DNA of 32,000 nucleotides, taken from assembly GCF_000698785.1 (NCBI RefSeq), contig NZ_CP007536.1:1290001-1322000 (forward strand). The letters are read 5' to 3'. The DNA comes from Nitrososphaera viennensis EN76. GTDB taxonomy: Archaea > Thermoproteota > Nitrososphaeria > Nitrososphaerales > Nitrososphaeraceae. Position 1 is the first letter of the stretch, and every line of letters starts with the position of its first letter. Under the pieces are notes generated by a model, which did no database searches, had not been told where the DNA came from, and saw only the letters and a program-made list of their open reading frames with translations. Shown here one piece after another: positions 16,444 to 24,481 of the stretch. Made by a program: the position numbers and the translations under genes.

Positions 16444-16755
16444 GAAGCAAGCGACGGCAAGATTTTTGTAAAAACCATCACAGAGGCCTATGACATAGGA
16501 ACAAAGACATCAGGAGACAAGGCGGCTCTCTAAAAAGAGAGATACGACAGGTTCTGAAGAGCAAGAACATCACTACAGATAGGCCTGATTCTGCCGATGT
16601 CGACTAATATCATTTTTTTATCCTTAGACAAGACATCAGCAGTTGGTTAAAAGTTGAAAGAATGACAACATATGCGCACACAAAAAACGAAAGACGGTTG
16701 TGAGCACGTTAAATTTTTCTCCGTTATAGGCACATATCATAGATGCAGGAGGAAT

Positions 16756-16765
16756 GATTATAATA
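16756..16765 (+). promoter_or_regulatory. TATA-like box (GATTATAATA) about 30 nt upstream of tRNA-Thr
   Basis: Position and AT content. Confidence 0.4.
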
Positions 16766-16792
16766 GCGATGCCAGAGTCATTGAGAACGAGC

Positions 16793-16866
16793 GCCCTAGT
16801 AGCTCAGCCTGGCAGAGCGAGGGTTTCGTAAACCCTAGGTCGTGGGTCCGAATCCCACCTAGGGCT
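16793..16866 (+). tRNA. tRNA-Thr (CGU)
   Basis: Acceptor GCCCTAG/CTAGGGC. Anticodon stem AGGGT/ACCCT with loop TTCGTAA. T arm GTGGG-TCCGAAT-CCCAC. Discriminator T. Confidence 0.92.
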
Positions 16867-16978
16867 TTGCTTCTTGTCTCGTCTCACGTATTCCAAGGTT
16901 GCAAAGGCGCGCAGCTTGCGCTTAATCTCGCTTCAAAGCTCTTTTACACCTGTCTTTTCCCCAAAATCCACTCGAGGG

Positions 16979-18634
16979 TTATGTCTGGAAATCGGGTGCG
17001 CCACTCCGTGTTGGCGTTCCACCCTCCTGCTTTGGGCTGGCAGCTGCTACAATGTCATCAACATGTAGTATCATGCATGCTGCTTCGGTAGCAGCATTGA
17101 TGACCTGTTCCTTCACCTTCAACGGTTCATAGATGCCTTTTGCGGACATGTCTGCAATCTTTCCATTGACGATGTCTATTCCAAACCTCGGCTTTGCCGA
17201 ACCCGCCTTTGCCCTGAGCTGGACTTGTGTATCCAGAGAGTCCATTCCAGCATTTTCTGCCAAGACCATAGCGACTCTTTCAACGCTATCTGCAAATTTC
17301 TCGGCTGCCAGCTGTGGTCTGCCCGAAAGCGAACCAGACCACTCTCTGAGTCTCTGCGACAAAAGCCCTTCAGGCGCGCCAGCCCCAACCAGAATATAGG
17401 GATACTCTAGAACATCCTTTACCACCATTATTGCATCGTGTACCGACCTTTCAGCTTCGTCTACCACCCTTTGCGATCCTCCCCTTACCAGGATTGAAAC
17501 AGCCCGAGGATTCTTGCAACCTTCGATGAAAACCCATTTGTCAGACTCTATCTTTCGCTCTTCTACCAGTTTTGCATAGCCCAAATCATCTACGGCAAGT
17601 TCCTCGACATTTGCCAGCACTTTCCCTCCTGTCGATTTTGCCAGATTGTTCATATCACTCTCTTTTGCCCTTCTGACTGCAAGTATCCCTGCTTTGGCCA
17701 GATAGTGCTGCGCCATGTCATCTATTCCCTTCTGGCATACTACGACATTTGCTCCTGCAGAAGAGATCTTGTCCACCATAGATTTCAGCATGCTATTTTC
17801 TTCGTCGAGAAATTTCTGCATCTGCTCTGGTGATTCGATGCTTATTTTTGCATCAAATTCGGTCTTTTCTATCTCCAGAGGACAATTGAGCAGGGCTATG
17901 CGAGCATTTTCTATTCTCTTTGGCATTTCGCCGTGAACTACCTCTTTGTCCAGAATAATGCCTTTGACGAGTTTCGTGTCCCTTATCGAGCCTCCAGCTT
18001 TTTTCTCCACCTTGATGTTGTCGATGTCAACCTTCAGATTATCACTAATGCTGCCGCGTTCCTCAGCCTTTTCTGCCACATCCAATACCGCATCTACCAC
18101 CAACTTTGAAAGGTGCCCTTCATCGAACGAGACCAGCTTTGAAGCCATTGCAGTCTGAGCAATTTTGACTAGAGAATCCTTGTCTTCGATATTGACCTTG
18201 TCGGCCACCTCTCTAAGAATTGCGACTGCCCTTTCTGCTGCCCTATCATAGCCTTCGATTATTACGGTGGGATGTACGTTTTTTGCTATTAGCTCTTCTG
18301 CATTTTCTAGCAGTGCCCCCGCAAGAACCACTGTCGAGGTTGTTCCATCTCCGACCTCGCTGTCAGTCGCCTTGCTGATCTCTACCATCATCTTTGCTGC
18401 CGGATGTTGAACATCTATTTCCTTCAAAATAGTCGCACCATCGTTTGTTATGGTGACGTCGCCAAGCGTATCGACGAGCATCTTGTCCATGCCACGCGGG
18501 CCTAGGCTTGTGCGCACAATTTCAGCTATCGTCTTGGCTGCGGTGATGTTGTTTCGCTGTGCCTGATAACCCTTAGTTTCACTCGTTCCTTCCTTCAAAA
18601 GGACAACAGGTATTGTATTCTGCTGTACTGACAT
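16979..18634 (-). CDS. ths: thermosome subunit (group II chaperonin)
   Basis: 551 aa with the chaperonin blocks [30 protein letters not shown] and [13 protein letters not shown]. Codon third positions are noticeably more A/T-rich than in rtcB, purB and other genes of the high-GC blocks. Confidence 0.95.
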   Translation of the reverse strand: MSVQQNTIPVVLLKEGTSETKGYQAQRNNITAAKTIAEIVRTSLGPRGMDKMLVDTLGDVTITNDGATILKEIDVQHPAAKMMVEISKATDSEVGDGTTSTVVLAGALLENAEELIAKNVHPTVIIEGYDRAAERAVAILREVADKVNIEDKDSLVKIAQTAMASKLVSFDEGHLSKLVVDAVLDVAEKAEERGSISDNLKVDIDNIKVEKKAGGSIRDTKLVKGIILDKEVVHGEMPKRIENARIALLNCPLEIEKTEFDAKISIESPEQMQKFLDEENSMLKSMVDKISSAGANVVVCQKGIDDMAQHYLAKAGILAVRRAKESDMNNLAKSTGGKVLANVEELAVDDLGYAKLVEERKIESDKWVFIEGCKNPRAVSILVRGGSQRVVDEAERSVHDAIMVVKDVLEYPYILVGAGAPEGLLSQRLREWSGSLSGRPQLAAEKFADSVERVAMVLAENAGMDSLDTQVQLRAKAGSAKPRFGIDIVNGKIADMSAKGIYEPLKVKEQVINAATEAACMILHVDDIVAAASPKQEGGTPTRSGAPDFQT

Positions 18635-18757
18635 AGTTTATTTCGCCTATGTTAGTGCAATACAATATTACATAGCCAATGATTTACGGGTTTTGGTATT
18701 TGAGCTAGCCTGTAATTATGAACATGATTTAATATTTGATACTCCTATATTGTAACC

Positions 18758-18925
18758 ATGGAAGACGAGGTCTTCAAGTCAAGGGCAATTGAGAATGCGA
18801 TAGGCATATTGCAGGAGAACAAAAAGAAACAGAATTCCAAAGAACTAGACTTTGTCATTGACATTCTGCAAGAAAGAAAACGGCAAGCAAAGTTAGAGAA
18901 AGAAGAGAAAATCGGCATGGCATAA
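18758..18925 (+). CDS. candidate 55-aa charged helical micro-protein (not in the ORF track)
   Basis: Hand translation gives MEDEVFKSRAIENAIGILQENKKKQNSKELDFVIDILQERKRQAKLEKEEKIGMA. An AT-rich box (ATTTAATATTTGAT) lies about 25 nt upstream. There is no homology evidence. Confidence 0.3.
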   Translation: MEDEVFKSRAIENAIGILQENKKKQNSKELDFVIDILQERKRQAKLEKEEKIGMA

Positions 18926-19047
18926 TATATTATGATACAAAGGAAGATTGGCGAGTATGAAACTTATCTATGCCAATCATGCGCTTCTGCCTATTTGCGA
19001 TACTGTTCGTTAATCTTATCTTCTAGTTTGAAGTATCAATATGTACA

Positions 19048-19182
19048 ATGAGCGATTCCTCACGTGTTCGCAAGTATAATTACTTCTGTGAAGAATGCGG
19101 AATGGCTTTCGACTCCTTTCAGGAATATCTTGAACATTACAGGCTTTACCATCCAAAATCAATAGGCACGGCAATAACATGA
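19048..19182 (+). CDS. candidate 44-aa C2H2 zinc-finger micro-protein (not in the ORF track)
   Basis: Hand translation gives MSDSSRVRKYNYFCEECGMAFDSFQEYLEHYRLYHPKSIGTAIT. It fits Y-x-C-x2-C-x3-F-x8-H-x4-H. Confidence 0.45.
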   Translation: MSDSSRVRKYNYFCEECGMAFDSFQEYLEHYRLYHPKSIGTAIT

Positions 19183-19339
19183 CACAAGATGGCATTAAAA
19201 AGAAGAGCCTATCAAGTAACTATCCCGCTATTAATGACAACAAAATAGCATCCTAGGGGAGGGACTGGCTGAGGATAATAATTATTACCTTCTTTTTCAT
19301 AATGGCGCCCTTATCCTTAATACTTTAGATGATGTTATA

Positions 19340-19894
19340 TTGTCCGTGTCAACAGCGTTTGAGGATGGTAGACTCGGCCTAGTATTGAAAGGCTACGATT
19401 TAGTCCCAAATGCCGCCCTTGAAACAATGATTGCTGTTTATACACTCGAAGTGGCACAAACTATTCTTGATGAGCATCCTAAAATTGTGGATATATGGCT
19501 TGAAAAAATACACAAAGAGTACTTGGAAAAGATGAGGTCTTGTGAATTTGAACAGGACCCAGTCGCTTGCTTTAACGTTTCATTATACGAAGAGTTTGAA
19601 AAACACTTCAAAAGCTGGCAAGACGGTGGAATAATAGCAATACACCTCCCGCGGAACAGAACTATTAGGCTGAGCAAGAAACCCCTGTTTTCTGTCCAAA
19701 TGGGCGGAAATCCGGGCGTTGATCGCCATGTATGTGAGAAATGTCTGGCCGTCTTTGCAGGGCTGGATGAACTTGAAAAGCACTATCAAGAAGAACATGC
19801 TGCCACAGCCCCGACTGAAAAAGCCAAAAGATATGCAATCAAAACGGAATCAGATATCGACGGATACTATGCTCAGAATCCCATGTGGTGGTAA
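19340..19894 (+). CDS. hypothetical protein with a C-terminal C2H2 zinc finger (184 aa; TTG/GTG start)
   Basis: The ORF-track protein ends with HVCEKCLAVFAGLDELEKHYQEEH, which fits C-x2-C-x3-F-x5-L-x2-H-x4-H, after an uncharacterised domain of about 130 aa. Confidence 0.6.
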   Translation: MSVSTAFEDGRLGLVLKGYDLVPNAALETMIAVYTLEVAQTILDEHPKIVDIWLEKIHKEYLEKMRSCEFEQDPVACFNVSLYEEFEKHFKSWQDGGIIAIHLPRNRTIRLSKKPLFSVQMGGNPGVDRHVCEKCLAVFAGLDELEKHYQEEHAATAPTEKAKRYAIKTESDIDGYYAQNPMWW

Positions 19895-20185
19895 AAGAGG
19901 TCGCTACCATCATTCCATCGGTCAATCTCTTTGGTTGCACCTGTGTTTTTGAGAGGCGTTTTCGTTGCTTGTACGTCTCCATAGGATTTGAAATATTCAA
20001 CCGCGTTGCATAGCTACAAGATATAGTTTCTAACGTCCTAGTGATGGCGAAGTCTGAGCAGCAATTGAGTACGAGTTAACATTAAAAATCGTGTAACCAG
20101 CTGCTAAAAGGAAAGGATGGGAGGTCTGATGACTCGATGACTTGGTCATCCGGCCTGCCTTGATTCGACGTGCACTGCGATTCTC

Positions 20186-21064
20186 TCAGTATCCCGCTTC
20201 AAAGTCCTCGCTGAACGTCAGGTCTTCGCACTTGTAGAAGGCGTTCTTGTACTCATAGTACACAGAGCCCTGATAGTATTCTTCGCATTGGTACTCATTG
20301 CCATCCTCGTCAAAGTAGAACCGGCCTTCGTCGTCATACTCGTGATCCTTGAAGGGGTGGTCGAAGAAGATTAGCACCTTACCGTCGTGGTGATGTTCAT
20401 AGTCAAAGTGCACGAAAAAGTCCGCGCCTACAAAGTCCTTGAAGTAATAGTGGTGTATGATTATCTTGACATTGTTGTAGTAGTTGAAGTCATGTTTGTA
20501 TTTGAAGAACTTTTTGTGGTGGTTGCTGTAGTACTCCCCTTTACGACCATCTTCATCATCGCCTTGGTCTTCTCTGTCATGGTGTTTGTACTTGTAATAT
20601 TTTGGGCCTTGGTCATCTTTGCTGTCATCATACAACTTTTTCTCGGACTTGTTGTTGTTATCGCTTCCATCTTCTTCGTTACCACCACTCTTGCCAAAGT
20701 CTCCGGGCTTGGATTTATCGGTGGGCGCGTTGTCATCGCTTCCGCCTTTATTATCGTCTAGTTCATTGTCAGATGCTTGATTTGTGGCATCATTTCCTCC
20801 GGAGTTGTTATCGTCGCTGGCCGCATTGTCGCTGCCTGTAGCCGTTGAATTTTCATTGCTTGCAGCAGGGTCAGAGGTTGCAGCAGGATTTTCATCACCA
20901 CCGCCTTGTTCGCTTCCGACGTCCGCAGGAGGCGAGACAGATGTCGCGTTCCCGGAATCAGCTGCAAAGGTGTAAACTGGCAGGAATGTGTATGATGCGA
21001 GTCCGACACCAACTATCAATAATGAAAGTGTCAGTGTCATACTTGTCCTTGTTTTACTTGACAT
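20186..21064 (-). CDS. secreted or anchored low-complexity protein: an acidic Asp/Asn/Ser/Gly-rich region followed by a His/Tyr/Phe/Lys/Asp-rich region
   Basis: 292 aa. The N-terminal signal or anchor is MTLTLSLLIVGVGLASYTFLPVYTFA. A disordered acidic stretch of about 130 aa follows. Then come aromatic/His clusters (YYKYKHHDRED, HHKKFFKYKHDFNYYNN, IIIHHYYFKDF, FVHFDYEHHHDG, FFDHPFKDHEYDDEG), with two Cys near the C-terminus. Confidence 0.7.
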   Translation of the reverse strand: MSSKTRTSMTLTLSLLIVGVGLASYTFLPVYTFAADSGNATSVSPPADVGSEQGGGDENPAATSDPAASNENSTATGSDNAASDDNNSGGNDATNQASDNELDDNKGGSDDNAPTDKSKPGDFGKSGGNEEDGSDNNNKSEKKLYDDSKDDQGPKYYKYKHHDREDQGDDEDGRKGEYYSNHHKKFFKYKHDFNYYNNVKIIIHHYYFKDFVGADFFVHFDYEHHHDGKVLIFFDHPFKDHEYDDEGRFYFDEDGNEYQCEEYYQGSVYYEYKNAFYKCEDLTFSEDFEAGY

Positions 21065-21088
21065 GATCGTGAGAACAGATTCTTTGCT

Positions 21089-21106
21089 TTAAAGCCTTGA
21101 GCAGAA
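21089..21106 (-). promoter_or_regulatory. promoter-like element TTCTGCTCAAGGCTTTAA (gene orientation), ending 24 nt upstream of the ATG at 21064
   Basis: It contains a TTTAAA TATA-like core centred about 27 nt from the ATG, which would imply a leaderless or near-leaderless mRNA. A near-identical copy sits at 21521-21538 with the same spacing to a second ATG. Confidence 0.5.
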
Positions 21107-21192
21107 TCCATACATAAGTTAACTATAAAGTGCAATTCTATTATCCAAAACTGCTAATGCTTGCAGATTATATATTATTGTAGCTAGATTAT

Positions 21193-21496
21193 TTAATCAT
21201 AGTATTCTCCTGTAACCTCATCCTCAAATGTTTGCACATCAAGGAACTTGGTGCAGCTGTAGGTATTAGGGTTTGATGTGTTGTTAGAGGGGTAAAAAAG
21301 AAGAAAAATAGGGAGGCAAGTCCTGTTCACGGTCTTGCATTTTCTCCCATTTTTCGTTACTCCGATAGCTGCGCCGTTGGATAGCTTTTGCCAGATCACG
21401 GAGTCGGAGTAGGTGGGAATGGGCTTCCGCCCGGCGCCGTCTCGTTTCCGCCCGGAGTAGTCTACATCATTTTTTGTTTTCTGTTTTTCTTGACAT
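21193..21496 (-). pseudogene. degraded or frameshifted short paralog of the 20186..21064 gene
   Basis: The ATG at 21496 opens ATGTCAAGAAAAACA, against ATGTCAAGTAAAACA in the neighbour, but the frame stops after 9 codons at an A-run. Removing one A joins it to the frame of the listed ORF 21193..21399. That ORF's end, C-x..FEDEVTGEYYD, resembles the neighbour's C-x-EDLTFSEDFEAGY. Confidence 0.35.
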
Positions 21497-21520
21497 CACG
21501 ACACTGTCGCAGCCATGATT

Positions 21521-21538
21521 TTAAAGGCTTGAGCAGAA
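21521..21538 (-). promoter_or_regulatory. second copy of the promoter-like element (TTCTGCTCAAGCCTTTAA in gene orientation)
   Basis: 17 of 18 nt are identical to 21089-21106. It also ends 24 nt upstream of an ATG (21496), while the intervening 24 nt are unrelated. Confidence 0.5.
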
Positions 21539-21698
21539 ATGATAGGTAAAGACGCTATTCAGAACATTCATGATAAAATTCGCAGGCATTTACTTTTTAA
21601 CACATTCTTTGTAAGTTAGTTTTCATCAAGTTTTCTATCAGTATCTTGCGGAAGTTTCTTGTCAAATTTCTTGGAATGGCGGCTGCCGTACTCTGCTC

Positions 21699-22589
21699 TT
21701 ATTCTCGGTTCATTGTTTGCACTGCGCGTTCAAAAGTAGCAAGAGTTTTGCCTTCCTCTCGCAACTGCTGCATGAAGGCCTTAAATGTGTCAAGCCTTTC
21801 ACGATCAGCCAGGTCGAGCATCTTGCCATTTTCGTCGTACGTGGCAAAGTCCTGGGGATGTATTGTCACCACAGCCCAGCCTCTTGCATCAATGTCCGCA
21901 TCAACGGCACTTTTCATCTCTTCAATAGTGCGCCATTGGTGGCTTCTTCCATCTGAGCCTGTAAAGCCATAGGTAGTGCTTTGCGGCATATGCATTATCC
22001 CCAAGGTATCGTTGGCTGGGGCATAGGGATTGGCATCTGCTTTGCTTGCACTAATGATTTCAAGGCCGGAAAGCTTTATCGCAATGAGAGTATTTGTGTC
22101 AAAGCCGTTGTAGGGCGGCAGGAAGACCTTGGCGCTCCTTCCCATGACAGATTCCATCTTTGCCTGTGCCTTGCTGATTGTTTCTTGCTGTTGCGGCGCG
22201 CTCAAAGTTGCATAGTCAACATGATCCCATCCATGAATACCATATTCAAAGAGCGAACCGCCCTCCTTTACTTTGTTAACGATGACCGGATCGCTTCCAA
22301 AGTGATTCATGACCATTCCGACAGACAGCGATGCAGAGTCGTTAATGAAAATGTCAAGCAATGCGATTTGAGGTTTTTGCTTCCAATAATCCTGTATGTC
22401 ATCCACCCGGATGATTACGCAGTTGCAATTTGCGGCATTTGCATTTACAGGAGAGTGTTGTGCATGAGAAGGCAGCATGGCAGGCCCAGTTGCTAATAGC
22501 AGCATTGCTGCCGCAGCGACTACTGCCATCATCATCAGAATTTTCCTGAAATTCTGCACAGACGGATATCTTTCTGATCCACGGCTCAT
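21699..22589 (-). CDS. polysaccharide deacetylase (NodB homology / CE4 family), secreted
   Basis: CE4 motifs IIRVDD, HGWDH and FLPPYN. A signal-like MMMAVVAAAAMLLLATGPAMLPSHA is present. The maximal TTG start at 22640 would translate a tRNA-like fragment. ATG 22589 or the ATGs near 22535 are more plausible starts. Confidence 0.8.
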   Translation of the reverse strand: MSRGSERYPSVQNFRKILMMMAVVAAAAMLLLATGPAMLPSHAQHSPVNANAANCNCVIIRVDDIQDYWKQKPQIALLDIFINDSASLSVGMVMNHFGSDPVIVNKVKEGGSLFEYGIHGWDHVDYATLSAPQQQETISKAQAKMESVMGRSAKVFLPPYNGFDTNTLIAIKLSGLEIISASKADANPYAPANDTLGIMHMPQSTTYGFTGSDGRSHQWRTIEEMKSAVDADIDARGWAVVTIHPQDFATYDENGKMLDLADRERLDTFKAFMQQLREEGKTLATFERAVQTMNRE

Positions 22590-22607
22590 CAAGTCATTAC
22601 TCTGGGG

Positions 22608-22633
22608 CGTAGGTCCGAATCCCACCGGGCTTT
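22608..22633 (+). repeat. orphan copy of the 3' end of tRNA-Thr (T arm plus 3' acceptor strand plus 3 flanking nt)
   Basis: CGTAGGTCCGAATCCCACCGGGCTTT aligns with tRNA-Thr 16841-16868, CGTGGGTCCGAATCCCACCTAGGGCTTT. There is one substitution and a 2-nt gap, and a 15-nt exact core GGTCCGAATCCCACC. Orientation is the same, and the T stem carries a mismatch. Confidence 0.6.
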
Positions 22634-22736
22634 CCCGCAAATTACTTCTTCTATTTGTAGAACTTGCAACCCCTGAAATTCCTCGACAATACAGGACTTT
22701 AAAATCTCTTTAATATCCTACCTCCAGTATGTTATT

Positions 22737-23186
22737 GTGAAGCCGTCGGTCACCTCAAGGCCGCTTGGGGTAACAATCATCGCCATTCTAAACATCATCG
22801 GCGGCATTATCATGCTCTTTGCAGGCATAGGCCTTGTGGCTGCAGGCTCGCTGCTTCCCACTCTGTCAACTGTTGATCCAAACACAGCCGGCCAGATGGC
22901 GCTGGCCGGGCTAGCTGGAGCTGCCGGAGTGTTCATCGGAGGGGTCTTGATAATTTTAGGGATCGTGTCATTCATCGTTGCATGGGGCCTGCTCAAGGGA
23001 AAAGGCTGGGCATGGACTGTTACAGTCATCCTGTCAATCATCAGCATAGTGACCGGCATCGTTTCTCTGGCAGGCGGGAACGCGGGGAGCATTGTCAACG
23101 TCATAATATCTGGAATAATCATATACTACCTGTACAGGCCGCATGTCAAGGCGTACTTTGGAAAAACACATGCAAGCCTGGTCTAG
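22737..23186 (+). CDS. small 4-TM membrane protein (149 aa, GTG start)
   Basis: ORF track. It has four Gly/Ile/Ala-rich hydrophobic helices. The antisense ORF 22718..23122 is its shadow. Confidence 0.6.
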   Translation: MKPSVTSRPLGVTIIAILNIIGGIIMLFAGIGLVAAGSLLPTLSTVDPNTAGQMALAGLAGAAGVFIGGVLIILGIVSFIVAWGLLKGKGWAWTVTVILSIISIVTGIVSLAGGNAGSIVNVIISGIIIYYLYRPHVKAYFGKTHASLV

Positions 23187-23248
23187 AGAAAATAAAACCA
23201 ATCAAGGAATAGCAGCAGCGGTAGCGCCGCATATGTGATTTTGCAGAC

Positions 23249-23452
23249 ATGCAAAGGAAGAAGAGGATTATTAGGCTGGACGGAGCTAGAAGGGGCTGCG
23301 ACGCAATGACAAAGACCACCTCTAACGAGGCAGACGAACTAGAGATCAACAAGCTCATATCCCTTGGCGTGGACGCAGAATTTGCTAGGACGCTTCCCAG
23401 AGCGGCCCGGCGGCAGATATTGAAAGGCGTCCTGGGCCTTCAGAAACCATGA
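23249..23452 (+). CDS. possible small protein (67 aa maximal; an internal ATG at 23306 would give 48 aa)
   Basis: ORF track only. No motif recognised. Confidence 0.3.
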   Translation: MQRKKRIIRLDGARRGCDAMTKTTSNEADELEINKLISLGVDAEFARTLPRAARRQILKGVLGLQKP

Positions 23453-23476
23453 AAGATATAGGGGAGTAAGAGTGCG

Positions 23477-23806
23477 TCAGGCTTCTGACACGCGCACGCG
23501 CGTTTCGATATCCTCGGGCAGGCCGGCCACCCTGTAGCGGGCGTATTCTTCATAGGTAGGCGGGGCTGGATGCTTGAACTCGATCTTTTGGCCTTCCGTG
23601 ACATTAAAGTACAGAACGTGCCCGTCATACCTTTCTGCCAGATACTTTGGAATATAGAATTTTTCCAGATCCACATGCCCCTTTTGGGTCAGAATATAGT
23701 GCTTCCCGATTTCCTGGACTTCGCCAAGATCTACATCTTTGGTTACGCCCCTAGCTTCCTTGCCTTTAAGCTCATTCCAGTCGACAAAGTTGGTTATGTC
23801 GGTCAT
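23477..23806 (-). CDS. hypothetical 109-aa protein, possibly PRC-barrel/DUF2171-like
   Basis: ORF track. LKGKEARGV..DLGEVQEIGKHYILTQKG...FYIPKYL resembles small PRC-barrel-type proteins. This is a weak recollection, not a search result. Confidence 0.5.
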   Translation of the reverse strand: MTDITNFVDWNELKGKEARGVTKDVDLGEVQEIGKHYILTQKGHVDLEKFYIPKYLAERYDGHVLYFNVTEGQKIEFKHPAPPTYEEYARYRVAGLPEDIETRVRVSEA

Positions 23807-23953
23807 GGGTACACTCCGTCCTTATCATATTAATGAGATACGCAAGGACCAGAGAGAAAGAGAACGCTACAAAAATCACGAATAGAGAAGAATCACGGTC
23901 GGGTTGCTTTCTGCAATCAAGACCAGGATTTTGCCGGAAATCGCGTTCTTGCA

Positions 23954-23982
23954 GCCAAAAACAGGTCAGGACACTTTTTGGC
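23954..23982 (-). terminator. 8-bp inverted repeat (GCCAAAAA / TTTTTGGC) enclosing the stop codon of 23966..24175, giving a T5 run right after the stop on the coding strand
   Basis: Read directly. Archaeal termination commonly uses oligo-T tracts. Confidence 0.3.
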
Positions 23983-24175
23983 TCAGCTTGTAGCGCCGGA
24001 CTATCTCCTTGTCGATCTCTTCGTGCTTTATCTCCTCTCCCCTTCTACCCGGCGTCCTCATTCCCTGTAGATTCACCTTTTTCCTTTCGTCTTCCAGCTC
24101 GACCTGTTTTTTCTTCCGCAGCTCCTGGGCATAGTTTTCCCGGAATACCTGTTCCGCATCGCTGTCTATTGCCAT
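23966..24175 (-). CDS. small highly charged (Lys/Glu/Arg-rich) protein, 69 aa
   Basis: ORF track, followed by the hairpin and T-run. No homology evidence. Confidence 0.35.
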   Translation of the reverse strand: MAIDSDAEQVFRENYAQELRKKKQVELEDERKKVNLQGMRTPGRRGEEIKHEEIDKEIVRRYKLSQKVS

Positions 24176-24277
24176 ATCCTGCTACTACCCACCGCCACTA
24201 CGGTTGCAGCCAAGGACTGATTAGGGTTTCTATTTTCTGTGCGCAGCAGGATAGTTTGATAAGCGGGAGCTGCTGCA

Positions 24278-24481
24278 ATGAACATTGTGGCCAAGCTTAT
24301 TGTCGAGTCGTACCAGAACTCGACCGTGAACACGATACTGGAAGACATTGGCAAAAAGTACAAGATAGATACAAAGCGCGATTGCCTACAGGTAGACAGC
24401 CCTGTCGAAGAGATCAAGTTCAAGTACAGGACGTACGCCGAATGCGTCAGGATGCTCTACAAAAAGGCAGGAGTGGCCTAG
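24278..24481 (+). CDS. small hypothetical protein, 67 aa
   Basis: ORF track. Stops lie immediately upstream in frame. Composition looks protein-like. Confidence 0.4.
   Translation: MNIVAKLIVESYQNSTVNTILEDIGKKYKIDTKRDCLQVDSPVEEIKFKYRTYAECVRMLYKKAGVA

Noticed and set aside
16086-16481. 131-aa minus-strand ORF overlapping the P-II gene
   Set aside because: The + strand frame has clear P-II homology across its whole length, including past the TGA. The minus-strand frame is its shadow.
21400-21475. Possible C/D-box sRNA (ATGATGT ... GTGATCTGG on the minus strand)
   Set aside because: There is no proper D box (CUGA) and no C'/D' pair at the right spacing. The region is better explained as the decayed paralog's coding sequence.
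22590-22640. N-terminal extension of the deacetylase ORF to TTG 22640
   Set aside because: The extension (RESPVGFGPTPQ...) is the translation of the tRNA-Thr-like fragment read on the opposite strand. A downstream ATG precedes a normal signal peptide.
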